Part shown: piece by piece, positions 28,839 to 39,432 of the stretch
Position numbering within the stretch: position 1 is the first letter of the stretch
Layout: each line of letters starts with the position of its first letter
NCBI GenBank assembly: GCA_964419295.1
Contig: CAYQPM010000001.1
Location: forward strand, 8,550 to 72,549
Source: an uncultured Stakelama sp.
Lineage (GTDB): Bacteria > Pseudomonadota > Alphaproteobacteria > Sphingomonadales > Sphingomonadaceae
Length of the DNA stretch: 64,000 bases
Direction: 5' to 3'
Program-made: the position numbers and the translations under genes
Notes under the pieces: model-generated
What the model was told of the DNA's origin: nothing
Databases searched by the model: none
The model's input: the letters and a program-made list of their open reading frames with translations, nothing else

Positions 28839-29306
28839 TCACCGCGATCGGTACAGGTACGATATCTCGCGCTTGTGGCCGTGCAGGCCGATCACGCGCT
28901 TGCCGGCGCAGATCGGGGCGGCATGCAGGCGGATCCACCGTTCGCCGCCGTCGACCGGCGCGATCTGGACGTCGAGCGTAAAGCCGCGGCGGTGCCGGAT
29001 CGCATGCCGACGCAGCCGCTCCATCGCGACGCGCGACGATTCTGCGTAGCGGGCGACTGATGCCTCGCGCGTGACCCGTTCGCCTTCGCGGAAGCCGAAC
29101 AGCTGATAGACGGCGGGCGACCAGGTCAAAGCGTCGTTGGAGAGATCACAGACCCATGTGCCGGCCATCCCGGCAGGATCGGGGAGCGGAGCCGCGATCG
29201 GAGGGAGCTGTGCGCCCTCCTCATGCACCACACCGAGGTCGAAGCGCGCCGGCCACTCGTCCAGCGGCCAGCTGTGGTGGAGGGCGAGCGGTTCGGTCGG
29301 CTTCAC
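28839..29306 (-). CDS. Stand-alone PAS-domain protein
   Basis: GTWVCDLSNDALTWSPAVYQLFG...DGGERWIRL resembles a PAS_3-type fold; no output domain. Confidence 0.7.
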   Translation of the reverse strand: MKPTEPLALHHSWPLDEWPARFDLGVVHEEGAQLPPIAAPLPDPAGMAGTWVCDLSNDALTWSPAVYQLFGFREGERVTREASVARYAESSRVAMERLRRHAIRHRRGFTLDVQIAPVDGGERWIRLHAAPICAGKRVIGLHGHKREISYLYRSR

Positions 29307-29387
29307 GGATTACGGCTCCTGCTGCGTGATCCACGTTATAGCCGCAAAATTGAAAAAGCCGTTAGTCCCAAACCGGTTGTATCACGA

Positions 29388-29879
29388 TCAGGGCAGTTGC
29401 TCCCCGCTTTCGACCCCCCACAGCCCCTCGGTCGTGACGAAGCCGGCCTGCCCTTTTACATCGAGACGACACCAGCCATCGTTGCATTCGCTGATGCGAC
29501 CGACAACGCCGGACGCGGCACGCCACAACAGCTTGGATCCGACGGAAGGCCGTTCGTGCATCTCGATCGGCTGCGGGCCGTGGACGATCGCGGTGCGCCG
29601 GTCGCTGAGCAGTGCCGCGAGCATCCAGCCCTGCGTGCCGTCGGGATCCTCGACCTTGCGCCACTGTTTGAACGCGGCAATGATCCGCACCGGCAGGTCG
29701 GCGCGTTGGTACAGCCAGCTGGCCGGATAGGTCTTGTCGGGACCGGTGCGCATCCGCGCGCGCCCGGCGCTGATCGAACCGAAATACGGCATCTTCTTCT
29801 TGGCCTCGGCCGCCAAGGCGCTGCCGTCGGCGGCGATCGTCGCCAACATCGCCAGCGCTAAAGCCCAATGGCGCATCAT
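29388..29879 (-). CDS. Bacterial SH3-domain protein (two SH3_4-like repeats)
   Basis: Signal peptide, MRTGP..YP, WRKVEDPDGTQGW, CNDGWC. Confidence 0.88.
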   Translation of the reverse strand: MMRHWALALAMLATIAADGSALAAEAKKKMPYFGSISAGRARMRTGPDKTYPASWLYQRADLPVRIIAAFKQWRKVEDPDGTQGWMLAALLSDRRTAIVHGPQPIEMHERPSVGSKLLWRAASGVVGRISECNDGWCRLDVKGQAGFVTTEGLWGVESGEQLP

Positions 29880-29967
29880 ACCTGTCCTTTTCCCGATCCG
29901 CCTTCTCTAACGGCGGCGCGCGCAGTAGCAACGATCCGTTGACGCCCGCGGCTCCCTTCGCCAAGCC

Positions 29968-30969
29968 ATGAGCGCGATGCCACACTCCCGCCGCCATCCC
30001 CGGGTGATCGTCACCCGCGAACTCGCCGATCCCGTGATGGAGCGCCTGGAGGCGCTGTTCGACACCGTCAACAATCGCGGCGACGCGCCGATGGATCGCG
30101 ACCAACTCGCCGCGGCGATGGTCGATTGCGACGTGCTCGTCCCCACCGTCACCGACGATATCGACGCGGCGCTGATCGCCGACGCGGGCGACCGGCTGCG
30201 CCTGATCGCCAATTACGGCGCGGGCGTGAACCATATCGCGCTGAAAGCGGCACGGGCGCGCGGCATCATCGTCACCAACACGCCCGGCGTCCTGACCGAG
30301 GATACCGCCGACATGGCGATGGCGCTGATCGTGTCCGTCCCGCGCCGGCTGGCGGAGGGCGAGAAGCTGGTGCGATCCGGCGACTGGCACGGCTGGAGCC
30401 CCGGTGGCATGCTCGGTCGCCGGATCGGGGGCAAGGCGCTGGGCATCGTCGGCATGGGCCGCATCGGCCAGGCGGTCGCGCGACGGGCGCGGGCGTTCGG
30501 GCTGTCGATCCATTACCACAACCGGCGCCGCCTGCCCGCGGTGGTCGAGGCCGAGCTGGGCGCCATCTGGCATGCCGATCTGGACGCGATGCTGGCGACG
30601 ACCGACATCGTGACGATCCACACGCCGCTGAACGCCGATAGCCGCGACCTGATCGATGCACGGCGCATCGGCCTGATGCGGTCCGACGTGTACCTCATCA
30701 ACACCTCGCGCGGCGGCATCGTCGACGAAGCCGCGCTGGTCGAGGCGCTGGAAGCCGGACGCCTTGCGGGGGCGGGACTCGACGTGTGGGAACACGAACC
30801 GCGCATCGACCCGCGTTTGCTCGCCCTGCCCAACGTCGTCATGACCCCGCACATGGGCAGCGCGACGCTGGAAGGCCGGCAGGCCACCGGCGAACGCGTG
30901 ATCCAGAACATCCGGATGTGGGCGGATGGTCACCGTCCGCCCGACCAGGTGCTCGAAGGCTGGGCCTGA
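29968..30969 (+). CDS. D-isomer-specific 2-hydroxyacid dehydrogenase (glyoxylate/glycerate reductase)
   Basis: TNTPGVLTEDTAD, GMGRIG, INTSRG, GLDVWEHEP, TPHMGSAT. Confidence 0.92.
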   Translation: MSAMPHSRRHPRVIVTRELADPVMERLEALFDTVNNRGDAPMDRDQLAAAMVDCDVLVPTVTDDIDAALIADAGDRLRLIANYGAGVNHIALKAARARGIIVTNTPGVLTEDTADMAMALIVSVPRRLAEGEKLVRSGDWHGWSPGGMLGRRIGGKALGIVGMGRIGQAVARRARAFGLSIHYHNRRRLPAVVEAELGAIWHADLDAMLATTDIVTIHTPLNADSRDLIDARRIGLMRSDVYLINTSRGGIVDEAALVEALEAGRLAGAGLDVWEHEPRIDPRLLALPNVVMTPHMGSATLEGRQATGERVIQNIRMWADGHRPPDQVLEGWA

Positions 30970-31076
30970 TCGGGCTCGCGCTACGGCAGCGTCATCGCCG
31001 CCCGCCGAATTGGTGACGAGCGGTTTTTTGGGACCGCAGGGCGCTCACGGTCCGAACCGCCCTGCCCGTACGGCGC

Positions 31077-32489
31077 TTAATCGCCGGTCAGGATGCGGTC
31101 GACCAACTGCTTGACGCTTGGGACGAACCCGTTGGAATAGAACGGGTCGCGCTTGAAATTGTACGCGGCATGGCCGGCGAACATCAGGTTCTGATCGACG
31201 TCGCCACCGTGCGCGATGTCCTGCAGCGTCTTTTGGATGCAGAAGCTGCGCGGATCGGCGAGGCGTCCGGTCGAGTTGGTCTCGGTATCCGCCCAGCTCG
31301 AGAAGGAGCATTGCGACAGGCAGCCCATACAATCCGCCTGGTCCTTGCGGATCACGCCTTTCTCGGTCGGCGTGACGAACACCAACGTGTTGTCCGGCGT
31401 CTTGAGCGCATCGGTATAGCCCTCGCCGAACCACTGACGCGCGCGCAGCAGATCGTTGCGCGTTACCCAGAAATTCTTGCCTTTAACGCCGACGTCGAGC
31501 TGGAAGACGTGATCGCCCGCCTCTTGCGTGGAAAAGGCGATCTGGCGTTCGCTGCGTGCTTCCAGGTTGCGCAGAAACGGGTTGCGCACCGCGGACGAAT
31601 AGAAACCGGTGGGGCTGAACTTGTGCAGCAGCACCTCGCCTTCCTCGATCTGGGTCAGCCGGTCCTTCCAATCCTGCGGAATCGGGCTTTCCTGAGTCAG
31701 CAGCGGGCGCGTGCCATATTGAAAGGCGATCGTTCCCAGTTCGGGATTGTCGATCCAGTCGTTCCAGTCCCGCAGATACCAGACACCGCCGGCCATGACG
31801 ATCGGCGTGCTGTCGGGAATGCCGCCTTCGCGCATGACGGCACGGAGTTCGGCGACGCGCGGGAACGGATCCTGCGGCTTCAACGGGTCCTCGGCATTCG
31901 ACAAGCCGTTGTGCCCGCCGGCGAGCCAGGGGTCTTCGTAGACCACCGCCGCCAGCCACTCCGCCGCCTTCGAATAGGCGCGCTTCCACAACGCGCGGAA
32001 CGCACGGCCGGAAGATACGATCGGCAGGTACGACACTTCGTACGACGCCGCGATCTCGCTCAGCTTATAGGGCATGCCAGCGCCGCAGGTGACGCCCGCG
32101 ACCATGCCGCGCGTCCGCTCCAGCACGCCGTGCAGCACCCGCTGAGCACCGCCCATTTCCCACAACACGTTGATGTTGATCGCGCCTTTGCCACCCGCGA
32201 TGTCATAGGCGCGACGAACCTGCTGGACTGCGCCCTCGATGGCATATTCGACCAGCTCCTCATGCCGCTGGCGGCGGGTCAGCGCTTTGTAGACCTGGGG
32301 AATGATCTTGCCGTCCGGATCGTAGCTGTCGGCGTTGACCGCGGAAACCGTGCCGATCCCGCCGGCGGCGGCCCAGGCGCCAGCCGAGGCGTGGTTGGTC
32401 GCAGCGACTCCCTTGCCCCCTTCAACCAGCGGCCAGACCTCGCGGCCATTGTAGACGATCGGCTTCAGGCCCTTGAACACGGAAAACAT
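31077..32489 (-). CDS. Nitronate monooxygenase / 2-nitropropane dioxygenase family flavoprotein
   Basis: EGGKG, CGAGMP, LAGGHNG, MAGG, YGTR motifs; GAGGT RBS. Confidence 0.85.
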   Translation of the reverse strand: MFSVFKGLKPIVYNGREVWPLVEGGKGVAATNHASAGAWAAAGGIGTVSAVNADSYDPDGKIIPQVYKALTRRQRHEELVEYAIEGAVQQVRRAYDIAGGKGAININVLWEMGGAQRVLHGVLERTRGMVAGVTCGAGMPYKLSEIAASYEVSYLPIVSSGRAFRALWKRAYSKAAEWLAAVVYEDPWLAGGHNGLSNAEDPLKPQDPFPRVAELRAVMREGGIPDSTPIVMAGGVWYLRDWNDWIDNPELGTIAFQYGTRPLLTQESPIPQDWKDRLTQIEEGEVLLHKFSPTGFYSSAVRNPFLRNLEARSERQIAFSTQEAGDHVFQLDVGVKGKNFWVTRNDLLRARQWFGEGYTDALKTPDNTLVFVTPTEKGVIRKDQADCMGCLSQCSFSSWADTETNSTGRLADPRSFCIQKTLQDIAHGGDVDQNLMFAGHAAYNFKRDPFYSNGFVPSVKQLVDRILTGD

Positions 32490-32600
32490 CACCTCATCCC
32501 GGGGGTAAATACGGCCGGCTATACAAGAAGGATGCGGTGATGCGAAGGAATTGCGATGTGGGTTAGGCATGAGGGCCGCGCAGCGACTCTCCCACCCATT

Positions 32601-32615
32601 TTAGCCATGGATTAA
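32601..32615. promoter_or_regulatory. CtrA-like box
   Basis: TTAG-CCATGGA-TTAA (one mismatch to TTAA-N7-TTAA) in the divergent intergenic region. Confidence 0.5.
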
Positions 32616-32672
32616 CCCTGATCGGGCAAAGGGTTTCTCCACGCACATAACGACCAGTCAGGGAACAGACCA

Positions 32673-33131
32673 ATGGGGGTCCTCAATCATTTGATCGCGC
32701 CGCGACGGCCCGCCCGTCGCCAGCTCGCCGCCACCATGCGTTCGCCGCTGGGCGCGCTGCTGCTGCCGCAATTCGAACGGCTCGGCCTGAACGCCGGCGA
32801 GGTGCCGAGCCATGGTCCGACCGGCTCGGCCTGGTCGCGCGCCTATGTTCTCGGCGCCGCCTGCGCCTCGCTCCAGCAACAGGACGCTGCACCGTCGAGC
32901 GACCAGGAATGCTTTGCGATCGCCCATACCGCCTTTGCCATGACCTATGGCGAGACCAACGCGCGGCTGATCCTTGCCGAAACGATCGCCGCCGCTGAAG
33001 CACAGGAGCCGGAGGTCGAGGACGGCCTGCTCCACGGTGCCGCCGATCTGGCACTGGTGGCTGCCGGAGAACCCGGCGCCTCGCTGCATCTTGTCGCGCG
33101 CGTGAAGGAAGAGTCGATCGAGGCGAACTAG
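32673..33131 (+). CDS. Hypothetical protein
   Basis: 152-aa ORF with AGGGA RBS filling the gap between two minus-strand genes. Confidence 0.7.
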   Translation: MGVLNHLIAPRRPARRQLAATMRSPLGALLLPQFERLGLNAGEVPSHGPTGSAWSRAYVLGAACASLQQQDAAPSSDQECFAIAHTAFAMTYGETNARLILAETIAAAEAQEPEVEDGLLHGAADLALVAAGEPGASLHLVARVKEESIEAN

Positions 33132-33160
33132 GCCCGGGATCTGCGTAGCCGGCTTTGCCG

Positions 33161-34300
33161 TTACGATGGGTCCAGCACGCCCGGTCGCCGCATCGCGCCC
33201 GCATACAGATCGCGATACCGCGCGATCATGACCGCGGCGTCGAACTCCGCCTGCGCCTTCCGACGATTTGCCGCGCCGATGCGCGCGCGCAGATCGGCGT
33301 TCGAGACGAGGGCCTGCAATGCGTCGCGCAGCAGCACCGCGTCACCGCCGGTGACGAACGGTGCATTTTCCGGCGCTACCATCCGTGCGACGTCGCCGAC
33401 CGGCGTGCTGACCACGGGCAGGCCCGCCGCCATCCCTTCCACGACCGAAATCGGAAACTGCTCGCTCGTCGAAGACAGCGCCATGATGTCGAACGCCCCG
33501 ACGAACCGGTAAGGGCGATCGAGGAAGCCGGCGAGCACCACACGGTCTGCGATCCCCATCGCCCGTGCCGCCGCTGCGATCGCCTCGCGCTCCGGCCCCT
33601 CGCCGACGATCACCAGCCGGAACTTGCCCGCGATCCCGCCGCAGGCGCGCACCAGGAGCGGCAGGTCCTTGACCGCGCGCAGACCCGCGAGTGCGCCGAT
33701 CACGACCTCGCCCGGCTGCCGCTTGAAACCCGGAATGGCGCGCGCATCCGGCTTTTGCGTATAGAGCATCGTATCGATACCGTTGGCGATGCGATGCACG
33801 CGCGCCGGCGGCTGCTTCCACGTCCTGAGCGCGATCGCCTCCAGCACCGCCGACGGCACGGCCAGCGCCTGCGCGGCACCGAGGGCCAGACGGCGATACA
33901 CGTTGCGCTCGATCTTCAGGCCCCGCGCCTCATCCGCGTTGAAGCCGTCTTCGTGATGCACGAGCGGCGGCGCGCCTTTGGGAAACACCCTCCGCGCCAT
34001 CACACCGTCGATCGCGCCCCAATTATAGGTCAGCACCAGATCGAAGCGCCGCATGTATTTCGCCAGCGCCTCGTAACGGGTGACCGAGGGCCGCCCGGTG
34101 AGCGAGGGAGGATCCTGCGCGATTTCGTAGCGGATGCCCCGCGCGATCGAATCACGGGCACCCAGTTGATCGGGCACGCCGCTGACGATGGTGTGCCGCG
34201 CCGCGTCGCCGAACGCGTTCATCAGCCGCACCGCCCGCGCCTCCTTGCCACCAAGGCTGAAGCTGGAATGGAGATGAAGGATATGGACCGGTTGCGGCAT
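33161..34300 (-). CDS. Glycosyltransferase family 4
   Basis: GGKE, IANGID, LRAVKD, VGEGP, EQFPISVVEGMAAGLPVV. Confidence 0.92.
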   Translation of the reverse strand: MPQPVHILHLHSSFSLGGKEARAVRLMNAFGDAARHTIVSGVPDQLGARDSIARGIRYEIAQDPPSLTGRPSVTRYEALAKYMRRFDLVLTYNWGAIDGVMARRVFPKGAPPLVHHEDGFNADEARGLKIERNVYRRLALGAAQALAVPSAVLEAIALRTWKQPPARVHRIANGIDTMLYTQKPDARAIPGFKRQPGEVVIGALAGLRAVKDLPLLVRACGGIAGKFRLVIVGEGPEREAIAAAARAMGIADRVVLAGFLDRPYRFVGAFDIMALSSTSEQFPISVVEGMAAGLPVVSTPVGDVARMVAPENAPFVTGGDAVLLRDALQALVSNADLRARIGAANRRKAQAEFDAAVMIARYRDLYAGAMRRPGVLDPS

Positions 34301-34383
34301 GATGCTCCTCTAACCGCATGCCGTTACTGGAGGAAGAACGCTCGTGCCGGCAGAGATGCGCGATCCGCAGTGGTGCGCAGCGA

Positions 34384-35598
34384 TCACCGGAACCGCAGGC
34401 GACGCCCCTCGACGAGCGAACGCCAGGCCCACTCCACCGGCGCGATGCGGAAATGCCGCATGTAAACGACCGCCGCCCACAACAGCGCAACATCCACCGC
34501 GAGCGCCACCGCCATCAGCGCGGCCCAGCCCATTCGTCCGTACAGGCCGAGGCCGAAGGGCGAAAATATCAGCCACGACACGATCACCGTCTGCGCGACA
34601 TAGAGCGTCAGCGCCGCACGCCCCGCCGCCACGAACGGCCGCAGCCATCGCTCGCCCCGGAAGGTCGAGGCCAGCAGCGCGAACAGGGCGACATGGCCGA
34701 TCGTCATCGCGAGCCGCGACGCATCTTCCCATATCCACGCCAGTTCGGCGCGACCGTCGAAGCGCGTCGCCTCCCATGCGGCGTAGACACGCAGCGGCAC
34801 GCCCAGCCCATAGCCCGCCGCCAGCATCCACCAATATGCTCGGCGCGACCACCGCCCACCCAGCGAGCCCAACCGATAGAGGCCGGCGCCGAACAGCATC
34901 GTCGCCGCCGCTTCCCAGACGAACATGACCTCGTCCGATCCCAGCCGGTCGATCGCCACCCGCCATTGCCCGTGCACCCAGGCCGTCCGGTCGCCGTGCC
35001 CGAAGCGATCCTCGCTCAGCACCGCGGCGCGATTGGCCGCATCGAAGGCGACCCGTTCCGCCACGCTTTGCTCCGGCGACCGTGCCAGAACCGTTGTCGT
35101 GCCGAGTGCCATCGTGAACGCCGCATAGGACAGGCCGAGCGTCAGCAGCGCCCGCGTCGGCAGCGCACGCATCGTACAGGCGACCAGCGCCGCGACCGCA
35201 TAGGTATGCAGGATGTCGCCCGGCCACAGCAGCAGAAACATGTGCGCCATGCCGAACGCCCACAGCACCGCCTGCCGCCAACCGAAGCGCAGCGGCACGG
35301 CCAGCAGGCTTTCCGACGTGGCTGCGATCCGGTCGGTCAGGATCAGCATCCCCGCACCGAACAGCATTTCGAGCAGCGCCCGTGCGGTCCCTTCGATCAA
35401 CAGCGTGCGCAACCACCACGCGACCCGGTCCATCCCGCTCCAGCCGAGGTGCCGCACGTCGGCCCAATTGGCGGTCATCGACGCGCCCATCTCGCTGACG
35501 TTCATGAACAGGATCGCGAGGATCGCCACACCGCGCAGGATGTCGAACAGCGCGATCCGCGGCGCGCCGTCCGGTTCCTCGGCCGGACGCGGGGTCAC
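34384..35598 (-). CDS. DUF418 (YeiB-like) membrane protein
   Basis: RIALFDILRGVAIL, LFGAG, GDILHTY, GRAALTLYVAQT, PVEWAWR. Confidence 0.88.
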   Translation of the reverse strand: MTPRPAEEPDGAPRIALFDILRGVAILAILFMNVSEMGASMTANWADVRHLGWSGMDRVAWWLRTLLIEGTARALLEMLFGAGMLILTDRIAATSESLLAVPLRFGWRQAVLWAFGMAHMFLLLWPGDILHTYAVAALVACTMRALPTRALLTLGLSYAAFTMALGTTTVLARSPEQSVAERVAFDAANRAAVLSEDRFGHGDRTAWVHGQWRVAIDRLGSDEVMFVWEAAATMLFGAGLYRLGSLGGRWSRRAYWWMLAAGYGLGVPLRVYAAWEATRFDGRAELAWIWEDASRLAMTIGHVALFALLASTFRGERWLRPFVAAGRAALTLYVAQTVIVSWLIFSPFGLGLYGRMGWAALMAVALAVDVALLWAAVVYMRHFRIAPVEWAWRSLVEGRRLRFR

Positions 35599-36452
35599 GA
35601 AACGGCCTTCTCCAGCAACCGGTCGATCGGGCCGTGCAGCGCCGCTTCGGCCAGCGTCGGCGCATGGCCGACGCCCGGCAGCGTCAGCAGTTCCGCCCGG
35701 TCGAGCGCCGCCAGCATCCGTTCCGCCACCGGCTGCGCGAGCACGTCGGATCGCCCGCCCCGCACGATCAGCACCGGCACGTCGCGCAACGCCGACAGCG
35801 CCGCCCACATGTCCGGTCCGCTCTCGTTTCCCGGCACGCGGAACGGCTCGGCGATCTTGAGATCATAGTCGAGCACGATCCGGCCGCCGCTGTTCAATCG
35901 ATAGACGCGCTTGGCCATCGCCAGCCAATCCTCGATGGCCCAGTCGGGATAGATGTCGGCGTTGTTATCGGCCAGGCTGCGCGCGGCGTGCATCCAGGTC
36001 GGGCAGCTGCTGCCCTTGCCGACATAGCTGCGGATGCGGGTGGTGCCGACCGGGTCGATCTCCGGCCCGACATCGTTGAGCAGCGCCGCCGCGATATCCG
36101 CCCCCGCCTGCGCCAGCAGCATCGTCACGATCCCGCCGAGCGAAGTTCCGACCGCGACGAACCGGCCGATGCCCCGCTCCTCCAGCAACCGCTGCACGTC
36201 CGCGACATAGGTCGCGGGGACGTAGGTCATCGGGTCCTTGGCATATTCGCTGCCGCCGCGCCCGCGGAATTCGACCGCGATCACCTGCCGCCGCCCCGCC
36301 AGCCGCGCCGCCAGCGCATCATAGTCGCGCGCGTTGCGGGTCAGGCCGGGGAAGCACAGCACCGGCGGCAGGCTCTCGTCGCCGCGATAGAGCCGGTAAT
36401 GCAGCTTCAATCCATCGGCGGACAGCCAATAGCAGTTTTCATAAGCGGCCAT
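35595..36452 (-). CDS. Alpha/beta fold hydrolase
   Basis: PGLTRNARD, GTSLGG nucleophile elbow, GHAP. Confidence 0.9.
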   Translation of the reverse strand: MAAYENCYWLSADGLKLHYRLYRGDESLPPVLCFPGLTRNARDYDALAARLAGRRQVIAVEFRGRGGSEYAKDPMTYVPATYVADVQRLLEERGIGRFVAVGTSLGGIVTMLLAQAGADIAAALLNDVGPEIDPVGTTRIRSYVGKGSSCPTWMHAARSLADNNADIYPDWAIEDWLAMAKRVYRLNSGGRIVLDYDLKIAEPFRVPGNESGPDMWAALSALRDVPVLIVRGGRSDVLAQPVAERMLAALDRAELLTLPGVGHAPTLAEAALHGPIDRLLEKAVS

Positions 36453-36489
36453 GGTTGCGTCCCGAGGTTGTCGACCTCCATATCCACAC

Positions 36490-37848
36490 ATGCCTACCCG
36501 CCCGCAAGCATACCGCCCCGCCGCCGCGCTGCTCGATCTCGGCCCCACGTTGTGGGACCCGGTCGCGGCCGCCGATTTTCCGCAGACGGTCCTGCGCTTC
36601 CGCAACGATCGCGCCGCGTCGCAGGTGGGGCTCGACACGCTCAGCGACGAGGAATGGACCGAGGCGTTCGGTCGCTTCGCGCCGCTGCCCGGTACGCTGC
36701 CGCAGCCGCTGGCGCTGCGCTATCACGGGCACCAGTTCCGCCAGTACAACCCGGACATCGGCGACGGTCGCGGCTTCACCTTCGCCCAGCTGCGCGACGA
36801 TGGCGGACGCCTGATGGACCTCGGCACCAAGGGATCGGGGCAGACGCCGTACAGCCGGTTCGGCGACGGCCGACTGACATTGAAGGGCGGCGTACGCGAA
36901 ATCCTCGCGACCGAGATGCTCGAGGCGCTGAACGTGCCGACCAGCCGCACGCTGTCGCTGATCGAAACCGGCGAGGATCTGGTGCGCGGCGACGAACCCA
37001 GCCCGACCCGATCGGCGGTGATGGTCCGCCTTAGCCATGGTCATATCCGCATCGGCACGTTCCAGCGGCTCGCCTATCTGCAGGACGAGGACGGCATGCG
37101 CGCCCTCGTCGGCTATGTGCTGCGCAACCTGTACGGCGAGGACTCGGACGATCCGCTCCGTCTGCTCGACCATGTCGTCACCCGCACCGCATTGCTGGCA
37201 TCGCGCTACATGGCCGCGGGCTTCGTCCATGGCGTTCTCAACAGCGACAATATCAACGTCATCGGCGAAAGCTTCGATTACGGCCCGTGGCGCTTCGCTC
37301 CGACGTGGGACCCGGCGTTCACCGCCGCGTATTTCGATCACGCCGGCCTTTATGCATTCGGCCGCCAGCCCGAAGCCGTCCATTGGGATGTGATGCAGCT
37401 CGCCGCCTCGCTGCGCCTGATCGCCGAGAGTGATCCTCTGATCGCGCTGCTCGAACAATTCGGACCGCGCTATCAACCGCAGATCACCGGTGCACTGCTC
37501 TGGCGCATGGGGGTCCTGCCCCGCTCGCCGGAGGAAGACCGCGCACTGGTCCAGGTCATGGAGCGTGCGCTGCGCACGACCGCCGCGCCGATGGACCGGT
37601 TCTTCTTCGACGTCTTCGGCGGCGACCTGCCCGCCGAATACGGGGAGCCATGGGATGCGCTCCGCACCGCGCTCGGCGCCTATGGTCCGCGCAAGAATCG
37701 TGACCACGCCTATTGGCATGGCAAACCCTGTGGCATGCTGATCGACGAGGTCGAGGCGATCTGGACACCGATCGCCGATGCGGACGACTGGTCCGCGCTG
37801 CACGCCAAGGTGGCGGCGATCCGCACGATGGGCGAAGCGCTGGCCTGA
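36490..37848 (+). CDS. selO: Protein adenylyltransferase SelO (YdiU)
   Basis: YHGHQF, GDGRG, KGSGQTPYSRFGDGR, HGVLNSDN, DYGP. Confidence 0.93.
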   Translation: MPTRPQAYRPAAALLDLGPTLWDPVAAADFPQTVLRFRNDRAASQVGLDTLSDEEWTEAFGRFAPLPGTLPQPLALRYHGHQFRQYNPDIGDGRGFTFAQLRDDGGRLMDLGTKGSGQTPYSRFGDGRLTLKGGVREILATEMLEALNVPTSRTLSLIETGEDLVRGDEPSPTRSAVMVRLSHGHIRIGTFQRLAYLQDEDGMRALVGYVLRNLYGEDSDDPLRLLDHVVTRTALLASRYMAAGFVHGVLNSDNINVIGESFDYGPWRFAPTWDPAFTAAYFDHAGLYAFGRQPEAVHWDVMQLAASLRLIAESDPLIALLEQFGPRYQPQITGALLWRMGVLPRSPEEDRALVQVMERALRTTAAPMDRFFFDVFGGDLPAEYGEPWDALRTALGAYGPRKNRDHAYWHGKPCGMLIDEVEAIWTPIADADDWSALHAKVAAIRTMGEALA

Positions 37849-37924
37849 TCTTCCGGCACCTCGCGCATCTTGCCGCCATATCGCCATTCGCCTAACCCAC
37901 CGGCCGAAAGGGCGACTGGCAAGC

Positions 37925-39337
37925 ATGGCTGACGCGATCATTTCCTACGAACCCGCGACCGGCGCCGAGCTGTGGAGCGGTGCGATCGGCGATGCCGATG
38001 CCGAGGTTGCGGCTGCGCGCTCCGGCTGGGCCGCATGGGCTGCGCTGCCTCTCGCCGTTCGCATCGAAACGCTGCGGCGTTTCGGCAATGTCGTGCGCCA
38101 ACGCCACGAAGCCTTCGCCGACCTGCTCGCGCGCGAAACCGGCAAGCCGTTGTGGGAGGCCCGGACCGAGGTCGATACGGTCATCGCCAAGGTCGATATC
38201 TCGGTCACGGCCTATGCCGAGCGGACCGCGCAGCGGCGGCTCGAATCGCCGATGGGCAGCCGCATGGCGCTGCGTCACAAGCCGCACGGCGTGCTTGCGG
38301 TGCTCGGCCCCTACAATTTCCCCGCGCACCTGCCCAACGGCCACATCGTGCCGGCGCTGCTGGCCGGCAACGCCGTGGTGTTCAAACCGTCGGAAAAAAC
38401 GCCGGCGACCGGCGCGTTCCTGGTCGATTGCTACCGCGCCGCCGGAGTGCCCGAAACCTGTATCCGCGTGCTCATCGGCGGTCCTGCCGAGGGCAAGGCG
38501 CTTGCCGAGCATCCGGACATCGACGGTCTGCTGTTCACCGGATCGGCGCGCACGGGGCTCGCACTCAATCGTGCCTTCGCCAGCAAGCCCGAGAAGATCC
38601 TGGCACTGGAGATGGGCGGCAACAACCCGATCATCGTCTGGGACACGCCCGACCTGCATTCCGCGGCCGTGCTCGTGATCCAGTCCGCCTTCACCACCGC
38701 CGGGCAACGCTGCACCGCGGCGAGGCGGCTGATCGTGCAGGACCGGTTGTACGATCCGCTGATCGAAACGATCAACACGATGGTCGGGCGCCTGATCGTC
38801 GGCGCCCCGCACGACGATCCGCAACCGTTCATGGGGCCGGTGATCGACAACCAGGTCGCCGATCAGCTGACCGAGAGCTTCCTTGCACTGCTGATGCGTG
38901 GCGGCCGTCCCATCCGCCATCTCGAGCGGCTGGCGGACGATCGCCCGTTCCTGGTGCCTGCGATCATCGACATGACCCAGGCAACCGAGCGGCCCGACAT
39001 CGAATTGTTCGGGCCGATCCTCCAGGTCTTCCGGGAAGCGGATTTCGACGCGGCGATCACCACCGCCAACGATACCCGCTACGGTTTGTCCGCGGCGCTG
39101 ATCAGCCAGACCCCGTCGCTCTACGACCGTTTCTGGGCCGGCATCCGCGCCGGCATCGTCAACTGGAACCGGCCCACCAACGGTGCGTCGTCGTCGGCGC
39201 CGTTCGGCGGCGTCGGCTGGAGCGGCAACCATCGCCCCAGCGCCTATTATGCCGCCGATTACTGCGCCTATCCGGTGGTCAGCAACGAGGCGGAGTCGGC
39301 GCGAGCGAATATCGGTATCGGCCTGCGGGACGCGTGA
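37925..39337 (+). CDS. astD: Succinylglutamate-semialdehyde dehydrogenase
   Basis: GPYNFPAHLPNGHIVPAL, LEMGGNNP, GQRCT, SGNHRPSAYYAADYCAYP. Confidence 0.92.
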   Translation: MADAIISYEPATGAELWSGAIGDADAEVAAARSGWAAWAALPLAVRIETLRRFGNVVRQRHEAFADLLARETGKPLWEARTEVDTVIAKVDISVTAYAERTAQRRLESPMGSRMALRHKPHGVLAVLGPYNFPAHLPNGHIVPALLAGNAVVFKPSEKTPATGAFLVDCYRAAGVPETCIRVLIGGPAEGKALAEHPDIDGLLFTGSARTGLALNRAFASKPEKILALEMGGNNPIIVWDTPDLHSAAVLVIQSAFTTAGQRCTAARRLIVQDRLYDPLIETINTMVGRLIVGAPHDDPQPFMGPVIDNQVADQLTESFLALLMRGGRPIRHLERLADDRPFLVPAIIDMTQATERPDIELFGPILQVFREADFDAAITTANDTRYGLSAALISQTPSLYDRFWAGIRAGIVNWNRPTNGASSSAPFGGVGWSGNHRPSAYYAADYCAYPVVSNEAESARANIGIGLRDA

Positions 39338-39432
39338 TCCGCCGGCGCATCGATCTGTCGCGAAAGCCTGCCTAGGGCCTGCCAAAGCATCGCTGGCTTG
39401 CCCGGCCCCTGATGGCGGCCCATCTGGCGATC

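Noticed and set aside
37925..39337. astD without other ast genes as an anomaly
   Set aside because: Split ast genes are unremarkable in alphaproteobacteria; the rest may lie elsewhere in the genome.
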